A DNA stretch of 56,070 nt, filler included, from Sphacelaria rigidula (lineage: Eukaryota), in assembly GCA_964200075.2 (NCBI GenBank). It is 5 parts of 5 records of this genome, joined end to end, with 100 filler letters (N's around TTAATTAATTAA, not from the genome) between each part and the next. Parts side by side here need not be neighbours in the genome. Positions count along the whole stretch, not along the records: positions 11,238 to 22,373 come from CAXNAA020005341.1; positions 22,474 to 33,606 come from CAXNAA020005342.1; 3 more parts are not named here. One strand, 5' to 3'. Both the position numbers and the translations under genes were made by a program. Every line of letters begins with the position of its first letter. Position 1 is the first letter of the stretch. Below are positions 11,483 through 23,824 of the stretch, one piece after another. The notes below the pieces were generated by a model. It made no database searches and was not told the DNA's origin. It saw only the letters and a program-made list of their open reading frames with translations.

Positions 11483-14400
11483 CCAATTTCACTGTTCAAT
11501 TCCAAGAAGACAATTGCGAATTCACCTTAGAAAAACCAGGCCGGCGGAAATTCGGAACAGTATCTTGCAGGCCGTTTATCGGCCCACGTGTGGTGTTTGT
11601 GGGTTGAAACTTTGTGCGGGACCTCGCTAGGTCATGATGAACGAAGAAAAATGGGTGAGGTTGGTTTTTATTTTTATTTTTCACTGATTGAGGGCGTTTT
11701 AGTATGGTAACGGCAATTTTTCTACGAGAACGCCCGAACCTTTCATGAAAAAAAAATGAAGACCCATGTTTCTTTTACTCAGCATACCTCTGTGGTTCTC
11801 CATGCCAATTTGCGAATCACAATTCTAAAAATTGAGCTGAAAATTGAGATGAGGCCCAAGAGCAATGTTCATTTCTCCTCAAAACTCCCCTAAAAACACG
11901 AAAAAAAATGAAAGAAAAAAACGAGAAAGCTGTATTTTTTCTTTCAATATGCACCTGCGGTTCTCCATACCAAATTTCATAGCACAACTCTCAAAAACTG
12001 AGACGCGATATCCAGATTTAGGTCATCTAGTGCCTCTGCTCGTATTATACTGATTTTGGTATGGAAATTTATGTGCACCATGTCTCGAGATAGATTACGA
12101 ATTAGGTGAAGGTGAGTGTATATATCGTCTCCTCGTGCTCCAGGGAAGGTCCACAACAAGAATCGCCATCATCCGCTCAATCGATCGTTCGGGGTTGCAT
12201 ATAGATTTCAGTGTGGACGCTATCTCCGCTAGGTATAGGAATTACTAGACATGGGGTTTAATCAACGAGAAAAAAATGGCCCAGATTTTTGGGCAGGTGG
12301 GCACCTTCCCCTTGATTAGACGATTAATAAAATATGCGGATCACGGCCCAACTCGTCTGTGTAGTTGAGATATCGCTTTGAGAGCTTAAATCCGTTTTTA
12401 GGCTGGCCCGGCTCGTACGAGGCCCTTGTTTCCCGCGGTGCTGTTTGGTCCTAAATCGTGCTTTTTTTTCGCGAAACTCGGTGCACGTGTTCTGCATGGG
12501 GTTGTGGGCGCCTTGCCTCTGCGTCGGGGTTTTTTTATTGGTTCGGGCATCGTACGGTCAGCTCCAACTTGCGCGGTTACCTGTACCTACGTTTGGGCTG
12601 GAATAGGTGATAATATACCCAATTTTGTCATTTTAACCTCCATCATTTTTTTCAAGAGAAATTTTCTTTACAGCGGCGAGGGGGTGCTATACTCCGTCAT
12701 CTGTGGTGATTTTCGGGGGAGCAGAACAGCGAAGCACGTCTTTCGATGCTGTTCACTGCAGACCCCCAGTGACTAACATCGCACGCTACACCAGTTCATC
12801 AAAAATATAATTGCAATGAACTCTACGCAAGCACACTGCCATGTGAAGGGCAGTGAGAAGGTAGTGCATAGAAGAACTGCTTTGGAACACAGCAGGTTTG
12901 CTTGCTAGATGACATGATCACTTGCTGCCTACAATGCGCTATGGACGTAGTCTCTTTTCCCGATATGCAGCACAAGCGAATCTAAGACAACCTTTACCCA
13001 CCGATATCCTTGACTTCCTCTTGAAAGGCGCCTAAGAACGGGGTGTCGGGTGTCGATATGCCGCGGTGTATCCATCATGCCCAACACCGGCGGGCAAACA
13101 TTGCTTATTTTTCATTCAATCATTTAGCTCTCTTGTTCAGTCCCGCGGCCACTGGATGACGAAACGAAAACAATCATGTTGTTGTTGTCTTCACATTCAA
13201 AAACCGTTCCGATATCTGCGCGGTACATTCGTACTGGGCATCTGATGCGGACGCCTTCCGTGGTCATGCAGTAATCAAACATATTATTATTTACAATATT
13301 TTTTCGTTATTACGAGGCTAAAACAAAATCTCTTCATCAACGAAGTATAAACTGGCGGTGAAATCGAACAACACATGGCTAGTTGACCACGGCATGCATG
13401 TCTACATGCTGCACTTGCTGCCTCCAACAATTCGGATCTCACTACGTACTTCTACACTTTTGATGAGCGTGGAGCTATCCGCCAGACCTATGCATGCATG
13501 AAGCTAAACAGGCCATATCCGGCGAAGCCGTCTATTCTATAGTGTAATGAATAAGACAATCAATACACGGTATTTGTAATTCGTATATTGGCACTTAGGG
13601 CCAACGGGATTACAATGAACATAGTCGAAAGTGATGTACAATAAATGGTAGATGCGACTTGGATGCGGAAGTTGCTTCACGACTACCTCTACTCATACAC
13701 AGCGTGTAGCAGGGTGTGCGGAGAGCTGGAACAGGGGTTGCGTGAATACAATCCCAGGTGAGGCTCCAGAACTGGTTGAAACCTACATCATTCTTTTAAT
13801 ATCGATAACGAAGGCCGTGAAATTTGAATCACCAGACGACTTTGCATAATAGTGCAAGGCTCCACGTATTCAGCCCGTACAGTACGGGAGACTGCTCTCT
13901 GTAGCACAAGTACTGAGCATGGCAGCACTTTCGTGTGAGCGAGCCTGGAGGAGGCGATGAGCTAGTGGCATCACGAGCTACTGTCCACGATTGCGCCGTG
14001 GGCTAAATATACATGCGTCCGTATCAGCGCATCCTGTACCAAGCGATGTCTTGTGGATGTTGACTGGTATTCGTCGCTACCCTGAAGAACTGGCGAACCA
14101 ATTCGCCTGCAGCGTTCAGGTTTGTTTCGATTTGACCTCCGTGGCGCTAGGGCACTATAATAGTGTACAGGTCAGATCTGTCGCCATGATATATTTTCGC
14201 CGTACGGAAATGTGCTAACTGCTAACTGCGAACTCCTGAGGCTAACACAATGTACCGCGCCACATTCCGAACAAGGACTGTTCACAGCTCTGTCCAGGAG
14301 AAGCGAAGAAATCCTATAGTCTTCCACCATGTCCAAGCACGTCCCGTGACAGTCCACGTTCGAGCAGTAAGCATTTTACCCGCAATGAACACGTAACACG

Positions 14401-14625
14401 AGCACAAAAACCGTTTCAAAAATTTCGTTGGATAGCACCTGGTCATTAATACCGTATAAACCCCAGTGTCGGCCATATGACCGCGCCACACCCTTTCAGT
14501 CATATTTTTATTTTTACCCGCTGCACAAGCTCGCTGTTTCGTGTATGGACAAGCACGATATAAATCGAAGTCAGTAAGCTATTGTGAAAAACGTTGGGTG
14601 GTGCGGTATAGGGGCGTGTCTCATT

Positions 14626-14769
14626 GAGACCAGAAAAAAAAGCGGGAAAAGAAACGAAGAAACGAGCGTCCAAAAGCAGCATGTTGATTGGTCTTCGCAA
14701 CCAGCCCGGCCATCAATCAAAATGCTGCTTTTGGAGCTTGTTCTTTTTCCCGCTTCTTTTTTCGGTCTC
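14626..14769. repeat. Imperfect palindrome
   Basis: gagacc-agcgggaaaa-tccaaaagcagcat-ttgat is mirrored by atcaa-atgctgcttttgga-ttttcccgct-ggtctc. Confidence 0.75.
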
Positions 14770-15708
14770 GCTAAGGTCGTGTCTTGAAGCTTTTGGGACC
14801 GACCCCCCACTCTCACGGGGTTGATCCTGTGTTGGTGAAATAATGAAAAATAAGTCAGCCAGCGACCTGCCCAATCACGGCGAGGCGGAATTTATCGACC
14901 AGACCCGAACGCACAGCGCCAGGACTGTTGCCGAGTGTGATGTCACTGCAAAGATGGTGTGGGGGCCTCATCACTGGCCCAGATAAGCCGTCCCAGGATT
15001 CCAAAGCCAGGATGGTCGCAGCTTGGTTATGGTACTACTTGCATTCAGTATAGCGTTCCCGGGATTTCCCGGGAGTTTGATTGGGTCACCAGCTTATACT
15101 AAAATGTCTAAATTAAACTAACACAGGGTGGAGTGGGAAAAACCGGGAAGGAGTGTACATACTACCATGTGACCATTTTCACGAGGCACTAAACTCAGGT
15201 GGGCCGTGGAAAGACAAAAGGAGCTACCGTCATCAATTCTTATTAATTACCCTCTGCCGATGACTTGCAGGACACTGGAAAGTTTCGTAACATGTTTTCT
15301 ACTATCATGGAGTCAGAGTGCAGAGTGGAAGCTTCGAAACTTCACAGTGGACATTGAAAAGTTCATAGCGGAAGCTGATGTGACGTTGCTTGACTTGATT
15401 TTTTTGTGTCGCAGTGATTCGCCGCAGGTTGCCCCGACAAATGTACGATCGACCAGCATCCACTTCGAAAGTGCATCACTGCTGCAGCACCGTACGCACC
15501 ATACACTACGCTTTTTCACTGCACCTGCAGTACTTCGATCACTACGGCGTACTACAGGACACTGTAGAGCTGTAGTGCTAAAGTTCTGTGCAGCGTGGAG
15601 TACAGCGCAGCACAGAGAGTACAATACAGAACCCTACAAGAGTGCATTGCGATGCTCTGAACTATTTTACTGTACAGCGATACGGTACAGAGAGTCAGTT
15701 GTACAAAC

Positions 15709-16246
15709 AGTAGTACAGAGAGTACGGTACGCAGCACTTTCGAACAGCAGACCTCGACCGCATTGCGATGATTTTTTCACATGCCACCCACAACCATGGT
15801 GCAATACGTTATGATCTCTCACGGGATGGAAATACAGCCAGGTGTAGTACCACTTGTGCACTGTAGACTACGAATCGTTTCCACCGTCTTCTTTCAGCTG
15901 AAGCTGGCAAGAATGAGGAATTGCACCCGAGGCTAGGTGTACCTGTCGAGCATTTGAATTTTCACGCAACGCAACCAAGTAGTACAGAGAGTACGGTACG
16001 CAGCACTTTCGAACAGCAGACCTCGACCGCATTGCGATGATTTTTTCACATGCCACCCACAACCATGGTGCAATACGTTATGATCTCTCGCGGGATGGAA
16101 ATACAGCCAGGTGTAGTACCACTTGTGCACTGTAGACTACGAATCGTTTCCACCGTCTTCTTTCAGCTGAAGCTGGCAAGAATGAGGAATTGCACCCGAG
16201 GCAACGTGTACCTGTCGAGCATTTGAATTTTCACGCAACGCAACCA
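15709..16246. repeat. 269-bp tandem duplication (two near-identical copies)
   Basis: 15709-15977 and 15978-16246 differ at only about 3 positions by eye. Confidence 0.95.
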
Positions 16247-16629
16247 CGCGGATTGCTGACACCATGGCGGCATCAGGGAGGTCTTCTGACTGCGATGCCA
16301 AGCTTTTCTACTTCGTGAATGGCTCACTGTGATGAGCATGGCAGTTTTGACGGATGATGAATGTCCCACTTTCCTTGTTAAGGTGTATTGACCTTGGACT
16401 GGACGTGACCATGGTGGTGAAGATGGGCGTGGTTCTTTTTCATTCCGCTATGAAGTCTGAGGAGGAACAACGGTTTTCAGAGTGAAGAGGTGCAAACGGG
16501 ACTATGACTCTGAAAAAATCGCTCTGAATGAAACTTCATAGCTGAAGGTGCATCGTTACCGGCTATTTTTCCTTCCATTCTGACTCTTGAGATTTGAAAA
16601 AAAACTTTTCCGAAACTCTCTAATTTGAA

Positions 16630-17211
16630 CATGTATGTAGTGGGCGGGGATGAACAAGCACTGTATAGGCAGCTGATCTCCGTCGCTCAGAACTGCCCAA
16701 AATATGCAAGGGAGTATACAGCGGTAGCTGCTGCTGCAGTGGGAGAGGCGTACTGCACTTACTACTGTACTGCACTGTATGTATGTGCGCCGCAACGCCC
16801 ATACCCTTCGAAGATAAGTTGCCGCTTGCAATAAAGAGGGAAATCGCGGCCCACACCGACCACGAAGGGCTGTGTGGCAAGGTGATGGGGACAATAATAT
16901 CACCCGAAGCCACAATTGGCGGGCGACCCGCCGGTCGTCGCATGCTGTTGAAAGCTCTCTACAGCGACCCATACTGCTCGTTCATCAGATATACAGGAGT
17001 ACATCACCTAATGCGCACCCCACCTGAACTACAGTTTGTATCTGCGCCTGAAACTAGATTGGATGAAACTTCCGGTCTTCCTCCTAACCCTGCATGCGGC
17101 GGTTACATACATGGATTTTCACATGAAGCCGCTGTTTTGTGCAGGCGCCAAACACGTCATTCCTAACAAGCCTCATCGGTCGCTCTGGGGGCCCGGTCCC
17201 AAAAGGGTTAA
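16630..17211. mobile_element. Right part of a non-autonomous piggyBac-like element
   Basis: Ends in CCGGTCCCAAAAGGG-TTAA. Homologous over about 500 bp to 22474-22977 on another contig. Confidence 0.7.
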
Positions 17212-17220
17212 GATGTGTAT

Positions 17221-17990
17221 TGGCACTTTTGTTTCCGATCGAAAAAATGGGGCAGTGGAATCGATTTGAGCAAACTTTTCTCGTTTTGATGTAGTTGGGT
17301 CCAGATGCATTTTTAAGCTTTCGATCGAAATAATAGAGTGGAATCCGCGAAACGGTACATGGGCACTCGTGCGCAGTACAGACAGTTTGTACTGTCTGCA
17401 CTACCTGCAAGCAGCGTCTTGAGTGTGTGTGTGCGTTTTTCATACAGTAGGATATAAAAAAGAAGCGGGCAACGTGCAGTGCAGACAACCCAGGACTATC
17501 AGTTCTCTCTCCTTACAATGCGACGTGAAAAGGACTTCAGCAACGTGCAGCTTTGTACTGCCGGCACTGTTGTCCATGAGCGTGCACGCAACTCGGTTGC
17601 CCACCGTACCACACAGTTCCGTCGCTGATCCCTACAATGACAGAAGATGTGCAATTTTTCGCCAACAAGAATAAACAACGCTACCCAACCACTGCAGTGT
17701 ATCCATCCCTGGGCTCAAGTCGTGCTTTTTGCTGCAGGGTTGCGGTGGTACCTGAGAATGAGTTGGGTGGAGTTTGCATGGTTCTGTAAACGGGTGTTAT
17801 CTGGCGTGGTGGTCTGTAAGATAGGGGTCAAGTGCCGCTGGGTGCCTTTCGACCGCATGTTTTCGATCGAAAAGGATTAACGTCTATCTCAAATATGTTT
17901 TTTCCACGCGCCGCTAAGTGTAATCTTGAGTTTAAGCGTGCCAGGAACATGGATGCGGGGAACCTATCAGATCGGCAAAAAAAAGTGGTG
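17221..17990. mobile_element. 770-bp TIR element (possibly hAT-type), copy 1
   Basis: Ends tggcacttttgtttccgatcg / agatcggcaaaaaaaagtggtg. Colinear, in inverted orientation, with 27137-27903. No TSD visible. Confidence 0.75.
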
Positions 17991-18001
17991 GGACACGGCC
18001 T

Positions 18002-18170
18002 CAGCACATTCGTTTTCGATCGGGATTGTACGGTAGGTAAGAAAAATCCCGATCTGATGGGTCGTAATTTCAGCCATCGTCGTTAATTATTGAAGATGAT
18101 TGAAATCACGACCTATCTGATCGGGTTTTTTTTTGTTTTCCACCGCACTTTTTCGATCGAAAAATGATGT
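18002..18170. repeat. Imperfect hairpin related to the ends of the 770-bp element
   Basis: Starts cagcacattcgttttcgatcg. Arms are aaaaatcccgatctgatgggtcgtaatttca and tgaaatcacgacctatctgatcgggtttttt. Confidence 0.65.
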
Positions 18171-21100
18171 TTTAACCATCGACGATTTTTGTTTTTGTGA
18201 ATCGGCATCATTTTCAGTCACTGTCAAGTCAAATTGATGCCGGTTTACAGAAACAAAAAGCGTCAACGGTTTCCCAAAGGATTAAGACACGGCCTAATCC
18301 GGCATTTTCGATACAACAGTGATGTCCCGGACATGCTGCGCAGAGGAATGATATGTTACAGACTTCGGAAAGTAGTGGACCCGTGTTGAGGCGGCACTTG
18401 ATATTACCAGTGTTATTCCTTTTCAATATTATGGAGGCGGTATTTTCGGAGAAAAAGCGCTCCAACACAGCACACCTGGCCTCTGATGAAGCTGAGAGTT
18501 GATGTATGTGTGGGTTGAAGCTGAATCTAAGTGTCGACGCAGCAGTTGCGGCGATCCAATGCGTTTTCGGCGCAGTGTGGCCTGCAACAACGATTTTGTA
18601 CGACGCTGAAACTGTTCCGAAAACTATAACACTTTCTGATGACAGTTCTAGAGGGTGATGATATCAAACCCGTGCTGAGCCAAGGGCATATCTTCCCAGC
18701 CTTGTTGTCTGCCTCGACCCCCTGGCGGTCGAGAGTGGGACCAAGACGGGAAATTCTCAATAGTGAAGGTTCTCCATATGTTAGAGGAAGGTTCCGTTGG
18801 GGTTTAGGCGCCGGGTGGAGCAAGACGGGGCCGCGCAGAGTAGCCAAAGAGGAGAGTGTGTTCAGCCGAGGAGCACTGCGAACCTGCTCCGGCAGAGGGC
18901 AACGTCTCTTCACTTACAGTGCCAGAGTTACCGTTCGCCTTATCACGGCGGCGTGAGAATGATAGGAGACGTTCTTGTAGTTTTGTTCTATCACAATCAA
19001 CCGGATATTCTTCGACGTGATGGTTCCAAGTGAAGAAATTGACGTTTCCCTGACAGGCACGCCATCTGTGTTTTGCGAACCTCACGCCGTTTTCATCTGC
19101 TCTTAGTATGCAATTTTCGCCACCTGGGCAACAACCTCTCGCGACAGGTATACTCAGACAGTATCGCAAGTGGTTTGTATTGCGACAACATTTTTTATAC
19201 TGTATGCAGTACACATCTAGAAGGCAAATGTCAAGGTAGGCACAATGTGGAATACCGCGGGGATAAACAGGAAGCATGGGCAGTGATAAAAAATATCTGG
19301 CGGCACTAACGCCAACCCGTACTCCTGTTGCAGTCCCTGCAACGCCGTGGAGCGTGCCTTCCGCGACGAAAGTAATTGCGACCGACATCTCTCGCTTAGA
19401 CTTGTCTAAGATATTTCATAAGCCCGTGGCGGCATTATGTGAGGCGACAGTACTGCGCAGTGCAATCGACTGTTCCAGGTAATTCTAAGCAAAGACGGCG
19501 CACGAGTCTTTTCACCGCTTATTCCGGCGGCGCAGGGATGCGGAGAACTTTAATATCCTCGGCGCGAAGTGATGGAAAAAGGTACAGCCGATGTACAGGC
19601 GGGATTTTCATGGCCGGTTCGGCATCGCTTCGCATCGCGGCATAAATGCACGAGGCACCGCCTGCGAAGGCCGGGAGTAATATTACGGTAGGGGTGCACA
19701 ACGTTTTTTTTCTGAGGTTAGAATTGTTAGGAGCTCTTCATCTTATCCCGAACACGAGTTATGAAATACGTTAGAGTACGCGAGGGATATTTCTCAATGT
19801 GCTAGGGATATCCCGAATGAATTTATAGGCGGGGATGCCCGGAACCATATTCTTGGGCACCTACAACCGTTAGGACCCCCTGAAGCAGACAAGACTGCGG
19901 AAAAAGTTCAACCCTACCGTATCGTTGCTGCCGGGGGGAACCTTGGCCTCTCGTATTATTATGACCCCCTAACGCTCGGGACCCAATATTTGTGGCGACC
20001 AGTATTTTGATGGGTGTTTGTATACTCGCCGGGATGTAGATTGTTGGTGAAGCACGGTCAGTGTGCCCGAGTTATCGTCGTGGTTGTAGATATTGTTGCT
20101 GTCTTTACATTTTAGACCGCACCGACATCAGGACATCGCTCTGTACCGAGCATATCACTCGGACGCTTGCCGCCGTGAAGGACGAAGAACCCGATCATGG
20201 GACGAAATGAATTAAAAAGACAAATTGTACGAAAAATAAATCACACAGATGCGATACCAAACAGAAACAAAAATCGATTTCAAGTGGTAACGATACAACG
20301 AAAATGAAAGAGAAAAAATAGAGGGGATCGTCGATGCACACGCGATCGCTTGGCGGTAGCTAGCCGTGCACACCGCATCACAGCACATGTCGCAAAACGC
20401 AACAGAGGTTTGGCGTGCCCCGCCGTCCCTCGCGCGTATCTCCCAATCGCTGCGTGCCGTGAAAACGTACCGAAAAAATGTATTGCATTGCACCGCTCGA
20501 TGACTGATACAACCTGGAACGAGTGTTACAACAATAATAACGACGCCCCTGCACGGCGGCGCTATTGCACTACATGAAAACCCTCGCCTATATTCTGCCA
20601 CCACCCCCGCACAAATGCCGTCACACGTGCGACCCGCAACTGTGGGCGCTCCCACACAAATTGCCCTCATTTGTCGTGGCAATCGTCACCACCATACCAC
20701 CCAACAATTACCCGGGCGTCACACTTGACGGGCGGACCGTGGCACGTTCAGCACGGCCGTCAAGTAAACTCGTCGTCGTCGTCGGGAAGATGCCGAAACT
20801 GGGGCTCGGAGCCTTGTGTGACCGGCGGCCGGCGGTGGCACGCGCAGCACAACAAATTGCCGGAGTGCACGGGATTACCGGGACACACCGGACAGGGTGT
20901 CGGCCACGCTTCCGTGGCACCACAAACCGCCTGTCCGCATGACAACGACACCCGTTTCCGCCTTTTGGGGGTATGCACGTCGGCCTGCCCAGCATGCGGT
21001 TTTTCTGTAGAGGGGGGTGGCGCCGGCCGTTGCCCCCCCAAGAGGAATCCTGGCGGCATTCCCGCGATACCTCCTCCTCGCGCCGTAGACTGTCGGCGAC

Positions 21101-22097
21101 TGCGTCGGCGGGTGCCGCCCGCTGCGGACGGAATGCGCTCGCCGACGGCGTCAGGTGTGCCATCGCTGGTGATACCCGGCGACGGTGCATCGCTGGAAGT
21201 GGCATCACGATCACTCCGCGCCAAGTGGGGTGAACGCTGGACCGCCGCGTCCCTCCTCTCATCCGCCGACATCCAGCCGGGTGGGCAGGGGGGGGGGAGG
21301 TGTTCCGCTTCCGCTACTGGAGATGGCGGCCCCACTTCGCCGCTGCCCCCCGTTCCTCCGCTTCAATCGTTCCCAACTGCGCTCGATGGCATACACGGCG
21401 ACAGCATAAGCAGCACGGGTGACATGCGGCGCGGGGGGAGGATCGTCATCGTCGCATCGACGGTATGTCAGTCACGCGGGCAGGACTGGTACTCTATCAG
21501 CCGTGGGTCACAGCAATATGTAATTATGGGTCGCAGCTATAGCTATGGCATATTCGGCATCAGACAGTCCGTTATGTAGGCCCTACGCGAGATACCCAGT
21601 CACAATATTAGCTGCTGCACGGAGCTCGTTGTGCGTGGTGCAGATCGTAAACGGAACCTCGCGCACGGGGTGCGTTTGCTGCCGCGCGGATGACTTGAAA
21701 GCGCACGACTGCGGTTTGGTGAGTGCTGCATTCATCATTTGGTGTAGTGAAACATGGTAGCCTTCCTTCGCCGGCAGGTAGCTGTTGACTACTAGCACAC
21801 GCCACGCAAGTTAGGACAAGGACAAGCGACATTTCGGCGCACTGGAAGTTTTATTTTTTCAGTCGGGCTACCAAGATTCTCCCGCACCAACATTGATCTC
21901 GGACCTCAGTTGTTCGCCTAGACTTTCCTCCATTGAATTTTTGACACAGGACCCCAGCAGATCGCTTATCGGAATCTTGACTGGTGGAGCGCATGGTGCC
22001 TTGCAATCGCAAGCGGCTCATTGAGAAAAACAGTGTGGCATCCACGCGTCGGAGCGGGCGCGAGCGCTTCTTGTCGAGGGGTGTCATATACGACACA

Positions 22098-22373
22098 CGG
22101 GATTGTTAAAATTGGAGGTGGAGGTTTCATCTGGGATGAAAACCCGGAGAGTTACAAGCTTCGTATCCACACAATATCTTCAAGGTACGGGTCAATTTCT
22201 TCGCTTGCTAGTAGCTATTGACAACGACTGCACACCCAACTAAGTGGGATTACAATAACCGAAATATCGGGGTCCTAGGTGAAAAACAATTTTGGCGTTC
22301 GATCGTACACCTCAAGTCCCCCAATATTGATAATCTTGGACCCCGACATTCCGGTTATCGAGATCCAAATTTG
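22098..22373. mobile_element. Partial copy of the 435-bp foldback element (cut by the contig end)
   Basis: Shares aaaacccgga, gtagctattgacaac and cctag-tgaaaaacaattt with 47022-47456. Confidence 0.65.
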
Positions 22374-22473
22374 NNNNNNNNNNNNNNNNNNNNNNNNNNN
22401 NNNNNNNNNNNNNNNNNTTAATTAATTAANNNNNNNNNNNNNNNNNNNNNNNNNNNNNNNNNNNNNNNNNNNN
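22374..22473. other. Artificial contig linker
   Basis: N44-TTAATTAATTAA-N44. Confidence 0.99.
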
Positions 22474-22977
22474 ATGTAATCGACGGTAACGAACAAGCTG
22501 TGTATAGGCAGCTAATCTCCGTCGCAGAGAACTACCCAAAACATGTGAGGGAGTATGCAGCGGCAGCTGCTGCTGCATGCGGAAAGGCGTGCTGCACAGT
22601 ACTGTATCTGCGGCGCAACGCCCATGCCGTTCGAGAAGAATTTGCCGCTTGCAACAAAGAGGGAAATCGCGGCCCACCCCGACCACAAAGGGCTGTGTCC
22701 CAAGATGATGGGGACGGTATTCAACGCCACAAGTGGCGGGCGGCGGTTGCCACATTCTGTTGAGAGCTCTCCACGGCGACTCCTACTGCTTGATACCTCT
22801 GTACATTACCTAATCCACACGATACCCGAATTATAGTACAGACAGTGTGTACCTGCACCTAAAATAGACTTGGATGAAATTTAGCAAAATGAAACGACTG
22901 TTTTATGCATATGCAGGACACGTCATTCCTAACCAGCCTCATTGGTCGTTCTGGAGGCCCAGTCCCAAAAGTGTTAG
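22474..22977. mobile_element. piggyBac-like non-autonomous element, second copy (left end cut by the contig start)
   Basis: Aligns with 16630-17211 and has a degenerate end, ccagtcccaaaagtgttag. Confidence 0.7.
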
Positions 22978-23824
22978 CGTGTGTCCCTTAGATACTTGAG
23001 TGCAAACCCTTATTCACCCTTATTCGTGGAGTGGATGACCCTACCGCCGGCTCCGCAAAAGATACGCCGAACAATTACAACCATCCTCATGTGTTGTAAT
23101 ATTACACCCCACCAAAAAGACCGAAACCCCAAGGACCAACAAATGGTAGCCCCCTGCTGGTTGGCCCGTAGACCCGGAAGATCTGACGATCCATCCAGGG
23201 CGCTTTTGCGCCGAAGCTGACCAAGATCCAACAAACATGTGTGAAGAACTTGCCGACACACACACGCCCGAACCTCATGATGTGGCGTGATCACGTTGAA
23301 CATCGGAACGTTGTGGGATCTGCTGTTCGTGGATCGGGGCCAACTAAGCAAATCCCCCTCAGATGGCGTCAGATGGACACTGCAACATTTGGATTTCATA
23401 ACAGCCGTTTTTTCGTTGCACAAAACGCCTTTTTCAGGAACGTGTGGATATTGGGCATATATATAGAAGACAGCGCGGAAGAACTCCCGACCGATTCTCG
23501 CCCGGCAGTACAGGGTGTGCAGATGCAGTGCGTGTAATGTATGTGTCGGCAAGAATTTTCACCCATGTTCGTTGGATCTTTGTGAGCTGTGGCGTGAAAA
23601 CGCCCTGGATGTATCGTCGGATCTTCGGGGTCTGCGGACCAACCAGCAGGGGGCTATAATTTGTTGGTTGTGAGGTTTCGACCTTGTTGGTGAGGTGTAA
23701 TTAGACAACAAATGGGTATGGTTATGACGATTCGGCGTATCTTCTGCGGAGCCAGCGGTAGTGTCACCACTTCAAAAAGAAGGGTAAGCAAGGGTTTGCA
23801 CATGAGCATTAAAGGGTACATACG
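22978..23824. mobile_element. Foldback element of about 850 bp with about 285-bp TIRs
   Basis: About 22978-23265 is the imperfect reverse complement of about 23535-23824 (e.g. tagccccctgctggttgg / ccaaccagcagggggcta; agatacgccgaa / ttcggcgtatct). Confidence 0.85.

Noticed and set aside
19450..19475. Minus-strand DCTAQ resembling the OSC catalytic DCTAE
   Set aside because: The flanks (LPGTV ... YCRLT*) do not match OSC, and it lies on a different contig.
20565..21579. Overlapping 125-302 aa ORFs on both strands
   Set aside because: The sequence is GC-rich and stop-poor, with no recognisable domain or convincing splice pair. It could be a decayed exon or element, but I cannot support that.
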